Below, one piece after another: positions 1 to 8,731 of a stretch of DNA of 52,780 nt. The DNA is taken from positions 1 through 52,780 of the forward strand of contig CASEWT010000002.1 of assembly GCA_949291655.1 (NCBI GenBank). The letters run 5' to 3'. The stretch is from an uncultured Bacillota bacterium (GTDB lineage: Bacteria; Bacillota_I; Bacilli_A; RFN20; CAG-826). Each line of letters begins with the position of its first letter. The stretch's first letter is position 1. The translations under genes were made by a program, and so were the position numbers. Under the pieces are notes generated by a model. That model saw only the letters and a list, made by a program, of their open reading frames with translations, was not told the DNA's origin and ran no database searches.

Positions 1-664
1 CGATGAGTTCCTTCACCTCAGGCTTCTTGAACTGGGTGAGGATGGCGGAGCGGAGCATCACGAGGCTCTTGCGAGGACCCGGGACGCCGCCCTTGACGAG
101 GATGTAGCCCTTTTCGGCATTCGATTCGATGACCGTGACGTTGAGGATCGTCGCGTGCTCAGGGCCCCAGTGGCCGGACATCGTCTTGCCCGGGATGACG
201 CGGTTATTGCAACGCCCGTTGTTGGCAAGGGAGCCGATTTGGCGGTGATAGCCGCTGCCGTGGGCCTTCGGGCCGATGTGGTTGCCGTACTTCTTGATGG
301 TGCCGCTGTAGCCGTGGCCCTTGGTCGTCCCGAGGACGTCGACCACTTCGCCGGTCTGGAAGATCGAGGCGTCGATCGTGTCGCCGACGTTCTTGCTTCC
401 GTAGATTTCGTCGCCCTTCAGCTCGGCGATGTGCCGCTTCGGGGTAACGCCGGCTTTCTTGAAGATGCCGAGCCGCGGCTTGTTGGCGAGGCGGAGCGGA
501 AGTTCTTCATAGCCGATTTGGAGGGCTTCATAGCCGTCCTTTTCCTTCGTCTTCTTTTGAAGGACGACATTGGGCAGGACTTCGATCACCGTGACGGGAT
601 ACATCGTCCCGTCCTTGGCGAAGACTTCGGTCATGCCCATCTTTCTTCCGAGAATGGATTTCAT
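1..664 (-). CDS. rplC: 50S ribosomal protein L3 (N-terminal ~221 aa; the gene runs off the left edge of the window)
   Basis: My own minus-strand translation from ATG 664-662 gives MKSILGRKMGMTEVFAKDGTMYPVTVIEV...GTTKGHGYSGTIKKYGNHIGPKAHGSGYHRQ... AAGGAGGG lies 6 nt upstream. The ORF is absent from the track because it has no stop inside the window. Confidence 0.93.
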   Translation of the reverse strand, partial: MKSILGRKMGMTEVFAKDGTMYPVTVIEVLPNVVLQKKTKEKDGYEALQIGYEELPLRLANKPRLGIFKKAGVTPKRHIAELKGDEIYGSKNVGDTIDASIFQTGEVVDVLGTTKGHGYSGTIKKYGNHIGPKAHGSGYHRQIGSLANNGRCNNRVIPGKTMSGHWGPEHATILNVTVIESNAEKGYILVKGGVPGPRKSLVMLRSAILTQFKKPEVKELI

Positions 665-676
665 CTAAGTCCCTCC

Positions 677-1009
677 TTACTTCTTGGCCTTCGGAGCCTT
701 GGCCTCGACCTTGATGTCGACGCCATTGGGGAGATCCAGTTTCCTGATGGCTTCCACCGTTTCCTTCTTCGGATCGACGAGATCGAGAAGGCGCTTGTGG
801 GTCCGGATCTCGAATTGTTCCCGGCTGTCCTTGTACTTGAAGGTAGCGCGGAGAATCGTGTAGACCTGCTTCTCAGTCGGAAGCGGGACCGGGCCGACCA
901 CTTGGGCGCCCGTTTTCTTGGCCACTTCGACGATCTTCTCGACAGCGGTGTCGAGGATCTTGTGGTCGTAAGCTTGTAGCCTTATCCGCAAGGCTGGATT
1001 GTTCGCCAT
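677..1009 (-). CDS. rpsJ: 30S ribosomal protein S10
   Basis: 110-aa ORF starting [20 protein letters not shown]... with AAAGGAGGAAAGAC before the ATG. rplC follows 12 nt downstream, as in S10 operons. Confidence 0.97.
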   Translation of the reverse strand: MANNPALRIRLQAYDHKILDTAVEKIVEVAKKTGAQVVGPVPLPTEKQVYTILRATFKYKDSREQFEIRTHKRLLDLVDPKKETVEAIRKLDLPNGVDIKVEAKAPKAKK

Positions 1010-1142
1010 GTCTTTCCTCCTTTGTGTTTCAACTTGGCTTCTGGAGTCAGCTCTCCGCGAGTTCCCCGACTAAGCCCCGAGACTTCAACGCCTCTTAGCG
1101 TGTCGGCAACATCGCGAATCATCGCTGGCGCCAGCGTGCGAA

Positions 1143-1171
1143 AGTTTACCTTCGCGCGTAGGTGAAAACAA
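1143..1171 (-). promoter_or_regulatory. Candidate sigma-70 promoter for the S10 operon (TTGTTT-17 nt-TAAACT), leaving a ~130-nt leader
   Basis: On the minus strand, TTGTTT (1171-1166) and TAAACT (1148-1143) are separated by 17 nt. The site lies downstream of a hairpin plus T-runs (~1185-1230) that could terminate the que operon. By-eye match only. Confidence 0.3.
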
Positions 1172-1294
1172 GCCAAAAATTCGAGAAGCCATCCGGCCTT
1201 TTCGGTTGTTTCCAAAAGGATGCGGTTTTATCGGGATTTTTTATTGGAACAATCGTTCAAGTAATCAAAACTTTGTGCACCGTGAACAAAAACG

Positions 1295-1996
1295 CTAATT
1301 GTTTTTCGGGTGTCCTTCAGGGTCGTCAAGAGGGTGGTAGAGCTCTTTGAGCCCCTGTTTTGCCGCCCGCTCGAGACCGCTCGCATAGGAGAACTCGCAG
1401 CCGCAATATAGCTGCTGGTAAAGGCCGTACTTCCGCTGAATGAGCTTCCCTTTGTCGATCCCGCCCCGCTTCTTGAAATCGCTATGGAGGTATTTCACGT
1501 CCGGGAAATCCAGGGCGACCTTATCCGCGATGCGATTGATGATCTGGGAAGGCTTCAAACGGCTGAGCGTCAATGTCGTCGTTACGTATTCGTAGCCGAA
1601 TTCCGAGGCCACCTCGAAAGCTCGGCGCAGGCGTTTTTCATAGCAGGCCTGGCACCGCACGCCGCCCTCTTTTGCCTGGGGGAAGGCCCGGAGTTCTGCC
1701 ATGTACTCTTCGTAGTCATAATCGTCGAGAATAAGGTGCGCCCCGTCGCCCCTATCCCGGCTAAGTCTGCCCAAAAAAGACATGAGTTCCATCTCCCGCC
1801 GCTCGTATTCGGCCCTTGGGTAAATGTTCGAGTTGCTGTAAAGGATGGTCACATCGAAATGGGGGAGAAGCTCCTCGAGGGGATGACACGAGCAGGGCGC
1901 GCAGCAAGCATGCAAAAGAAGGCGGGGTTTCCGCCCATCGAGGCGTTTGACTTCCTCAAGGAAGAGACGGTCGAAATCGACGTAGCGATTACCCAT
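1295..1996 (-). CDS. queH: Epoxyqueuosine reductase QueH (DUF208 family)
   Basis: 233 aa with the Cys cluster LLHACCAPCS near the N-terminus and YCGCEFS near the C-terminus, as in QueH. It overlaps the queA stop by 8 nt and is the last gene of the que operon. Confidence 0.85.
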   Translation of the reverse strand: MGNRYVDFDRLFLEEVKRLDGRKPRLLLHACCAPCSCHPLEELLPHFDVTILYSNSNIYPRAEYERREMELMSFLGRLSRDRGDGAHLILDDYDYEEYMAELRAFPQAKEGGVRCQACYEKRLRRAFEVASEFGYEYVTTTLTLSRLKPSQIINRIADKVALDFPDVKYLHSDFKKRGGIDKGKLIQRKYGLYQQLYCGCEFSYASGLERAAKQGLKELYHPLDDPEGHPKNN

Positions 1997-3050
1997 CGAT
2001 CCTGGCCCTCGAATAGTCGTAGGCCCCGTAGATGAACATGGCGTCGCCGAAGGAGAAGAAGCGATAACGCTCTTCCACGGCGTGGCGGTAGCACTCCAAT
2101 GTGAATTGGCGGCCCATGAAAGCCGAGACCAGCATGATGAGGGTGCTCTTGGGGAGATGGAAGTTCGTGATCAAGGCATCGACGGCTTTGAATTGATAAC
2201 CCGGGGCAATGAAGATGTCCGTCGGCTCGTCGACCGGAACGAAAGTCCCGTATTTGGAATAGACGGCCTCGAGGGTCCTTACGCAAGTCGTCCCGACGGC
2301 GACGATCCTTCGCCCTTGTTCCTTCGCTCGGCATAGAGCCTCGGCCGCTTCTTTCCGAAGATGGATCATCTCGCTATGCATGTGATGGTCCTTCGTGTCC
2401 CTCACCTTGACCGGACGGAAAGTGCCAAGGCCGATGTCGAGAGTCAAATCGACGATTTCGACGCCTTTGATCGAAAGCCGGGCAAGGAGTTCCTCGGTGA
2501 AGTGGAACCCCGCGGTCGGAGCCGCGGCCGAGCCCGGGTGCTTGGCATACACCGTTTGGTATTCGTCGTTGCTTTCGCACTGCTTCCGGATATAGGGCGG
2601 AAGAGGCATCTCCCCAAGGCTTTCGAGAATCTCGAGGAAAATGCCTTCATAGAGGAAGCGGACATGGCGGAGGCCTTCGTCGTAGACCCCGGTGCAAACG
2701 GCCTTGAGGCGCCCTTCGCCAAAAGAAAGAACCGACCCGATGCGGACGGATTTGGCATGGCCGACAAGACATTCCCATTCGTCGTTCCCGAGGTCCTTGA
2801 GAAGGAGAAGCTCGACCTTGCCTCGGCTCTCTTCCTTCGTCCCGATGAGGCGGGAAGGAAGGACCTTCGTATCGTTCCGAACCAAGACGTCGCCCTCATG
2901 CAGGTAATCGAAGATATCGGCAAAGACGGCGTCCTTGTAGGCTTGATGCTCCCGATCGACGAGGAGCAGGCGGCATTGGTCGCGGTCCTTGCTCGGGCTT
3001 TGGGCAATCAATTCTTCCGGCAAATCGTAATTGAATAATTCAATATCCAC
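1989..3050 (-). CDS. queA: S-adenosylmethionine:tRNA ribosyltransferase-isomerase
   Basis: 353 aa with a typical QueA N-terminus, (M)DIELFNYDLPEELIAQSP. GTG start, 2 nt after the tgt stop. Confidence 0.95.
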   Translation of the reverse strand: MDIELFNYDLPEELIAQSPSKDRDQCRLLLVDREHQAYKDAVFADIFDYLHEGDVLVRNDTKVLPSRLIGTKEESRGKVELLLLKDLGNDEWECLVGHAKSVRIGSVLSFGEGRLKAVCTGVYDEGLRHVRFLYEGIFLEILESLGEMPLPPYIRKQCESNDEYQTVYAKHPGSAAAPTAGFHFTEELLARLSIKGVEIVDLTLDIGLGTFRPVKVRDTKDHHMHSEMIHLRKEAAEALCRAKEQGRRIVAVGTTCVRTLEAVYSKYGTFVPVDEPTDIFIAPGYQFKAVDALITNFHLPKSTLIMLVSAFMGRQFTLECYRHAVEERYRFFSFGDAMFIYGAYDYSRARIDG

Positions 3051-3052
3051 CG

Positions 3053-4177
3053 CTAAAACCCCCTTAAATCTCCAAATTTGGCAATCGTTTCCTCGAGATA
3101 GGAGGCGAAGCGATCTTCCTTGATGGCTTTTCTAGCTCCTTCCATTACCCGGATAAGGAAGCGGATGTTGTGGAGGGTATTCAGCCTCTTTCCGAGCTCC
3201 TCTCCGGTCACGTAAAGGTGATGAAGATACGCTCTGGTGAAATGGGTGCAGCCATAGCAGTCGCACCCTTCCTCCAGAGGCGTGAAATCATCCTTGTACT
3301 TGCTGTCGCGGATGTTGATCCGGCCAGTCGAGGTCAATAGGGCGCCGTGCCGGGCCAGGCGGGTAGGGAGGACGCAGTCGAACATGTCGATGCCGCGCAG
3401 GGCTCCGCCCAAGAGGTAGTCGATCGAACCAACACCCATCAGGTAACGGGGCTTATCGAAGGGAAGGCCTTTAACCGCGTATTCGATCATCCGGAAGCAA
3501 ACTTCCTTCGGTTCCCCGATTGAGGTCCCGCCAATCGAATAGCCGTCGAAGGGAAGCTTCGCTAGTTCCTCGGCGCACATCTTCCTCAAATCCTCGTAGT
3601 CGCCACCTTGGACGATCCCGAAAAGGGCTTGGTCTTCCCTCTTGTGGGCGGCGAGTCCCCGCTTGGCCCAACGGATGGTCCGTTCCGTCGATTTCTTCAC
3701 GTAATCGTAATCGGCGGGATAGGGAATGCATTCGTCGAAGCTCATCGCGATGTCGGGCCCAAGCTTTTCCTCGATGGCGATGACCTTCTCCGGCGTAAAG
3801 TCTTCCATGTTCCCGTTATAGTCGTTGCGGAAGCGGACGCCTTCTTCGCTGATTTCCCGCTTGCTAGCCAACGAAAAGACCTGAAAGCCACCGCTATCGG
3901 TCAAGATCGGGCCGTCGTAGCCCATGAATTTATGAAGCCCCCCGGCTTTCATGACGATATCCTCGCCCGGGCGAAGGTGGAGGTGGTAAGAGTTGCTTAG
4001 GATGACCCCGGAACCGAGCCCCTTGATCTCTTCCGGATCAAGGCATTTGACGGTCGCGAGGGTTCCGACCGGCATGAACATCGGGGTCTCAACGTCGCCG
4101 TGACGGGTATGCAAAATGCCCGTCCGGGCTCCCGAGGGATCGACGTGGGTGATTTCTAGACGAAAGTTCTTATCCAT
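3053..4177 (-). CDS. tgt: Queuine/preQ1 tRNA-ribosyltransferase
   Basis: 374 aa containing LTDSGGFQV and the C-terminal zinc motif CDCYGCTHFTRAYLHHL, both typical of bacterial Tgt. Confidence 0.96.
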   Translation of the reverse strand: MDKNFRLEITHVDPSGARTGILHTRHGDVETPMFMPVGTLATVKCLDPEEIKGLGSGVILSNSYHLHLRPGEDIVMKAGGLHKFMGYDGPILTDSGGFQVFSLASKREISEEGVRFRNDYNGNMEDFTPEKVIAIEEKLGPDIAMSFDECIPYPADYDYVKKSTERTIRWAKRGLAAHKREDQALFGIVQGGDYEDLRKMCAEELAKLPFDGYSIGGTSIGEPKEVCFRMIEYAVKGLPFDKPRYLMGVGSIDYLLGGALRGIDMFDCVLPTRLARHGALLTSTGRINIRDSKYKDDFTPLEEGCDCYGCTHFTRAYLHHLYVTGEELGKRLNTLHNIRFLIRVMEGARKAIKEDRFASYLEETIAKFGDLRGF

Positions 4178-4209
4178 AGCCCGCCTATTCTAGACGAGAA
4201 GAGGGCCCT

Positions 4210-4713
4210 TCACCACTTCGCGGGGAGGTGAATGGTCGGCTTGAGGGCTGCCATGAAGGCCTTGTTTCGCATAAGCAAAAGGAAAAGGACATAACCAACG
4301 GCGAGAACGGCAAGTTCGCCAATGGCGACATAGAGGGCGTTGAGGTAGAAAAAGTCCCCGAACACGAAGGTGAGTTCGGCCCCCACGATGAGGGCATTGA
4401 AGACAACCGGCCAAATGGCGGCAAGGAGCATCCTCGGGGAAAGATAGGAAATGAAGAGGCAGCTGAGGAAAGTGGCAAGCGTCCCGAACACCCAATCGGG
4501 CCAGCCGACCGGCGAGGCAAGATTGGCCAGGAAGCAGCCAATGGTAAGGCCCCAAATGAAGTCCTTTCGGAAAAAGCACAAGAGCATCAGGCACTCGGCT
4601 ACCCGAAACTGGATGGCCGAGTAGGAGAGAGACCCCAAGGCGATGGTGAGGACGAAATAAAGAGCCGCCACAACGGCATTGGCGGCAATTTTCTTAGTAG
4701 CGTTTTCGGTCAT
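4210..4713 (-). CDS. queT: QueT-type queuosine-precursor transporter (COG4708, ECF S-component-like)
   Basis: 167 aa, very hydrophobic, about 5 TM segments. It is the first gene of the tgt-queA-queH operon and is preceded by a preQ1-riboswitch-like element. Confidence 0.8.
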   Translation of the reverse strand: MTENATKKIAANAVVAALYFVLTIALGSLSYSAIQFRVAECLMLLCFFRKDFIWGLTIGCFLANLASPVGWPDWVFGTLATFLSCLFISYLSPRMLLAAIWPVVFNALIVGAELTFVFGDFFYLNALYVAIGELAVLAVGYVLFLLLMRNKAFMAALKPTIHLPAKW

Positions 4714-4720
4714 GAATTGA

Positions 4721-4760
4721 CCTCCTTGTTTTTTATACGTGGTTCAGAGGAGGAACACGT
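4721..4760 (-). promoter_or_regulatory. preQ1-I-like riboswitch aptamer that sequesters the queT Shine-Dalgarno
   Basis: Minus-strand RNA reads ACGUG-UUCCUCCUCUGAAC-CACGU-AUAAAAAACAAGGAGG. It has a 5-bp P1, a loop beginning UUC and ending AAC, and an A-rich tail. The 3' GGAGG (which is the SD, 7 nt before the ATG) is complementary to loop CCUCC, giving the H-type pseudoknot layout of the B. subtilis and T. tengcongensis preQ1-I aptamers. The loop is a few nt longer than in those examples. Confidence 0.6.
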
Positions 4761-4794
4761 TTGCGGACAAACTATAGGCTTTTTGCTGGGGAAA

Positions 4795-5760
4795 TCAATA
4801 GAAAGCCATCCAGGAGTCGGGAACCGGAAGCCCTTCCTCGGAAGCTTTGATGACGCCGGCAATCATCGGGGCGATGGATATCACGCTCACCCAACTCTCG
4901 TAAGAACGTTCAATCGAGTTGGTCACGACAAGGTCCTCGACGCGACCTTCCTCGATCCTCGAAACGGCATCGTGGGAGAAGATGCCATGGGTACCTCCGA
5001 CGTAGACCGAGGCCGCCCCATGACGGTAAAGGGCGTCGACGCTCGCAAGAACGGTGCCAGCCGTGTCGATGATATCGTCGACGATGATGCAATGCTTTCC
5101 CTTCACGTCCCCGACGACGTTGACGACTTCGGCAACATTGGGAGCCGGGCGCCTCTTGTCGATGATGGCAAGGTTGGAGTTGGCAATTTCCGAAGCCAAG
5201 TCCCGGGCGCGATGAGTCGAGCCGTGGTCGGGAGAAACGACGCAGCAATCTTCGCTTCGGATGCCCTTTTTGGCAATGAGGTTCCGGTAATACTCGCCAA
5301 AAAGGGAAATCGGGGAAAGGTCGTCGACCGGGCAAGAGAAGAAACCTTGGATCTGCGGAGTATGAAGATCCATCGTGATGATTCGATTGACCCCCACCGT
5401 TTCCAAAAGCTTCGCCACGAGCTTGGCCGTGATAGGCTCCCCGGAACGGGCCACCCGGTCTTGCCGGCTGAAACCGTAATAGGGGATGACGAGGTTGATT
5501 TCCTTGGCCTTGGCGTTCCTGAGGCCATCGATGAAAATAAGGAGTTCCATCAGGCGCTCGGACACCGGGGTAGCCGTCGACTGAATGACATAAACGGTTT
5601 TGCCCCGGACGTTTGAAAGAGGGCGGGCCAGCACTTCGCCGTCGGCAAAGTGGGTAACCTCGCTTTCCGAAAGCGGAATTCCCAAGATAGCGGCAACTTC
5701 CCTTGCCAAAGAAGGGTTGGCGGTCAAATAGAAAAGGGTAACGTTTGAAAGGCTGCTCAT
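4795..5760 (-). CDS. prs: Ribose-phosphate pyrophosphokinase
   Basis: 321 aa with the PRPP-binding loop GKHCIIVDDIIDTAGT and the N-terminal LFYLTANPSLAREVA pattern of Prs. Confidence 0.96.
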   Translation of the reverse strand: MSSLSNVTLFYLTANPSLAREVAAILGIPLSESEVTHFADGEVLARPLSNVRGKTVYVIQSTATPVSERLMELLIFIDGLRNAKAKEINLVIPYYGFSRQDRVARSGEPITAKLVAKLLETVGVNRIITMDLHTPQIQGFFSCPVDDLSPISLFGEYYRNLIAKKGIRSEDCCVVSPDHGSTHRARDLASEIANSNLAIIDKRRPAPNVAEVVNVVGDVKGKHCIIVDDIIDTAGTVLASVDALYRHGAASVYVGGTHGIFSHDAVSRIEEGRVEDLVVTNSIERSYESWVSVISIAPMIAGVIKASEEGLPVPDSWMAFY

Positions 5761-5875
5761 ACTCCGGATTATAGAGCATTCGGGAGCACGACTAGCCCCG
5801 AATCGCGCAAGAAAGAGGCCAAAGTAAGCGTTTACCCCTCAAAAAGGCTTTCCGTTTGCAATAGACTAGGCGCGT

Positions 5876-6361
5876 ATGCGAACCTTGATTCTTCTCTCGG
5901 CCTTGCCAGGAAGCGGCAAGTCGACCTGGGCAAATGCCTACAAAGCCTCTCACCCCCACACCTATATCGTGAGCAGCGACGAAATCAGGGTCGAACTATT
6001 CGGGAAAGCCCAGGACTTCCGCGACGAGAGGATGGTCTGGGATACCTATTTGAAGCGCCTAAACGAATACGGTCAGGAACACGAGGATGCGACGGTCATT
6101 GCCGACGCGACCAACCTTCAAAATAAGTACCGCCGCTACTACTTCGAGGAAACGCCGGGCTTTGACCGCCATGTTCTCGTATACTTCAAAATTCCCTACG
6201 AGACGTGCTGCCGTCAAAACAAAATGCGGAACAACGACCGCATCGTCCCTGATAAAGCCATGGAAAAGCTCTATGCCGAGTTGGAAGAGCCCGACGAGGA
6301 AACGATCAACCTCTACGACGAATATCTGACCATTCGGAACATCGACGCTTATATCAAATGA
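5876..6361 (+). CDS. Small P-loop kinase-like protein (AAA_33/polynucleotide-kinase-like), function unknown
   Basis: 161 aa with Walker A LPGSGKST at residues 10-17. Its size and layout match small predicted kinases. Confidence 0.6.
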   Translation: MRTLILLSALPGSGKSTWANAYKASHPHTYIVSSDEIRVELFGKAQDFRDERMVWDTYLKRLNEYGQEHEDATVIADATNLQNKYRRYYFEETPGFDRHVLVYFKIPYETCCRQNKMRNNDRIVPDKAMEKLYAELEEPDEETINLYDEYLTIRNIDAYIK

Positions 6362-6389
6362 GTTCCGCTTCCGAGTTCGGAGCAAAATG

Positions 6390-6411
6390 AAAAGCCCCAT
6401 TGGGGCTTTTT
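6390..6411. terminator. Bidirectional intrinsic terminator between convergent genes
   Basis: AAAAGCCCC-att-GGGGCTTTTT. The GC stem is flanked by an A-run and a T-run, and it sits between the stops at 6361 (+) and 6427 (-). Confidence 0.75.
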
Positions 6412-6426
6412 CGGTATAGAAGGCTC

Positions 6427-7383
6427 TTAAGCGTTCTCGCGCTTGGCTTTCGGGGAGAAAGTATATCCGACAAAGGCGATGGTGCCGAGAATGAGCAAGC
6501 AGCCAAGGATGACAAGCATGACCGGATAGCCGTATCCAACCGGCTTGAAGTTGGTGGTCAAGAGAGTATAGAAGCTCTCGTCATCACCGAGCCCCACAAG
6601 CTCCAAGCAACCCATGATAAGCATGGCAATGCCGATAAGGCCACCGGTGACAGTGACCGTGGCATTGGAGAAGGACGTCGTCTTGGCAATGCCCTTTTTC
6701 GCCACCTTGAAGCCAAGCATGGTGAGCAAGACGCCAGGGACGCCGGCAGCCACGACCAAGGTCCAAAGCTGGAGCGAGATGTCGCCGTCATACGCCATGT
6801 CGGTCGCCAGATAGAGCCCTGGGAGAGTGATGAGAGCTTCGGCCGCAATCACAAGAAGAGCCGTAGCAGCGCCCCACGCAAGGCGCGTTACGAGAATCGA
6901 GGAATCCTTGCCATCGAAAAGCTTGACCATCGGGATATTGGTAGCAATGAGCAAGATGATGGCGATGATCAGAGCGGCTACGACGACGAAGGCAACGCTC
7001 CCATTGCTCGTTCCAGTCGTGTTGCTCGTGAGATCGAAAAGGAGAACGGCCTGAAGCAGAAAGAAGACGGAAACAAGCCAACCATCGGCAATGAAAGCCG
7101 AGAAGCTCTCGACCAATTTCTCATCGCTTCCTTCATTGATGGAAAGGAGGGCTTTGACGAAGCCATAGGTCGAAATGAGGAAAAGCGAAAGCCCGATAAC
7201 AGCAAGCTCAAGATAGAGCAGATATGGACCTTCGAAGAGATACTCAACGAATTGGTTCGCAGCTGGATTGAAGTATTCCGGCGTAACGAAAAAGCCGAAA
7301 TAGAAGCCCAAGCAGCCAAAGGCCAAGGCAATCACCCCGTGGAAAACCAAACTGAGGACACGGGCGGTTTGAGAATACTTCAT
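6427..7383 (-). CDS. Polytopic membrane protein of unknown function
   Basis: 318 aa with about 8 hydrophobic helices. GAGAGGTG SD lies 8 nt upstream. I recognised no family motif. Confidence 0.6.
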   Translation of the reverse strand: MKYSQTARVLSLVFHGVIALAFGCLGFYFGFFVTPEYFNPAANQFVEYLFEGPYLLYLELAVIGLSLFLISTYGFVKALLSINEGSDEKLVESFSAFIADGWLVSVFFLLQAVLLFDLTSNTTGTSNGSVAFVVVAALIIAIILLIATNIPMVKLFDGKDSSILVTRLAWGAATALLVIAAEALITLPGLYLATDMAYDGDISLQLWTLVVAAGVPGVLLTMLGFKVAKKGIAKTTSFSNATVTVTGGLIGIAMLIMGCLELVGLGDDESFYTLLTTNFKPVGYGYPVMLVILGCLLILGTIAFVGYTFSPKAKRENA

Positions 7384-7446
7384 GGATCGACACCTCTCAA
7401 AACAAGGGCACTGGACCTGACAAAAGAGCGTCCAAGCGTCCTAGTT

Positions 7447-7475
7447 ATTAAATTCTATCTTTATAAGATAGTCAA
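7447..7475 (-). promoter_or_regulatory. Candidate sigma-70 promoter (TTGACT-17 nt-TTTAAT) with an embedded 17-bp palindrome
   Basis: Minus strand has TTGACT (7475-7470) and TTTAAT (7452-7447) in an AT-rich island upstream of the 6427-7383 gene. The palindrome CTATCTT-TAT-AAGATAG (7455-7471) fills the spacer. Confidence 0.45.
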
Positions 7476-7561
7476 TTACGAAATAGCCGTCTTGCCTTAA
7501 GGCAAAAAAGCGGCATCGAAAGGGACCAATTGAAGTAAAATCCTATGCAAAACAGGCGTCT

Positions 7562-8725
7562 TTATTCGGATTTAAAACTTTCAGCGAGCAAATAGGCGGT
7601 TCCCAAGGCCCAAGTTAGGTTATACCCTCCGCATTTCCCGTCGACGTTTAAGGCCTCGCCGAGGATGCCGACTCCGTTTTCGATTCGCGAACGACAAGCC
7701 AGGTCAACATCATCCAAATCTACTCCGCCGTGAGTGACTTGGCTGTCGTCGAAGCCGTATGAACAAAGGGGCGAAAAAGGGAGTTTTTTAAGCAAGGAGA
7801 CCGCCGGTTTTCCTTCCCTTTGGCTCCGCTTAGAAAGATAGGCGGCCAAATTCTTCTCGACGATGCCTTCAAGAGGCCTGGCGCCTTGCTTTTCTGCATT
7901 TCGTTCCATGAAAAGCAGCTCGCTTTCAGCCAAATCGGGAAATAGGTCGAGCATGAGGGATGATTTACCCCAAAATCCCTTCCAAGTAAGGAAACTTGAG
8001 GCATTAAAGGCGACAATTCCGCTAAGGCCATCTTCCTTAAAGAGAATTTCGCCTTCTTCTTCGAAAACGCGTTTCCCCTCGACAACGATCGACACAACAG
8101 CGCGATGGCGAATCCCCTTAAGAACTCCGAGGCCAGCTTCTTTGACTTTCATCGGAGTAAGAGCCGGCAAAGGATTCGAAACGGAATATCCGTGAGACGA
8201 AAGAACAGGCCAAAATGAACCATCGCTCCCTAGACGCGAGGCCGATTTCCCCCCGGTTGATATGACTAAAAAATCGACGTGCCTTTTTAATCCGTTTTCC
8301 AAGAAAACAGTAGTTCCCTTCGAACCATTTTGATAATCATTTACCAGAAAATCGGTAAAAAATGAAACTTTGCGAGCCGAAAGAATTTGAAGGAGAGAAC
8401 CAAGGAGCGAGGCTGCGCTATAGGTCAGGGGATAAATGCCTTCCTTCCGCTTCTGAAGGTAAATTCCCTGACGTTCAAGGGCTTCCTTCAGGCCTTGATA
8501 ACCGCCGCAGGCGGAAAGGTACTCGCCGGCCCTTTGGTCCGAGTAGCAATCCGAATCCGGATGTTCATTGAGGATATTGCAATGGCCATTTCCCGTCGCG
8601 AGGATCTTTCGCCCGACCCGTTCTTCCTTCTCGTAGATTTCGAGTTCCCAGTCAGGATGGGAGAAAGAAAGGAAAAGGGCAAAGAAAAGACCGGCAGCCC
8701 CACCGCCAACGATGCCGACCTTCAT
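7562..8725 (-). CDS. FAD-dependent oxidoreductase, HI0933/BaiN-like family
   Basis: 387 aa with the N-terminal dinucleotide-binding motif KVGIVGGGAAGLFFA...EIYEKE. Confidence 0.8.
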   Translation of the reverse strand: MKVGIVGGGAAGLFFALFLSFSHPDWELEIYEKEERVGRKILATGNGHCNILNEHPDSDCYSDQRAGEYLSACGGYQGLKEALERQGIYLQKRKEGIYPLTYSAASLLGSLLQILSARKVSFFTDFLVNDYQNGSKGTTVFLENGLKRHVDFLVISTGGKSASRLGSDGSFWPVLSSHGYSVSNPLPALTPMKVKEAGLGVLKGIRHRAVVSIVVEGKRVFEEEGEILFKEDGLSGIVAFNASSFLTWKGFWGKSSLMLDLFPDLAESELLFMERNAEKQGARPLEGIVEKNLAAYLSKRSQREGKPAVSLLKKLPFSPLCSYGFDDSQVTHGGVDLDDVDLACRSRIENGVGILGEALNVDGKCGGYNLTWALGTAYLLAESFKSE

Positions 8726-8731
8726 CTCTAT

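Noticed and set aside
982-1350. Track ORFs 982-1215 (minus, 77 aa) and 1162-1350 (plus, 62 aa) in the gap between queH and rpsJ.
   Set aside because: They have no SD or family resemblance and overlap the rpsJ start and the queH end. The region is better explained as the que-operon terminator plus the S10 promoter and a structured leader.
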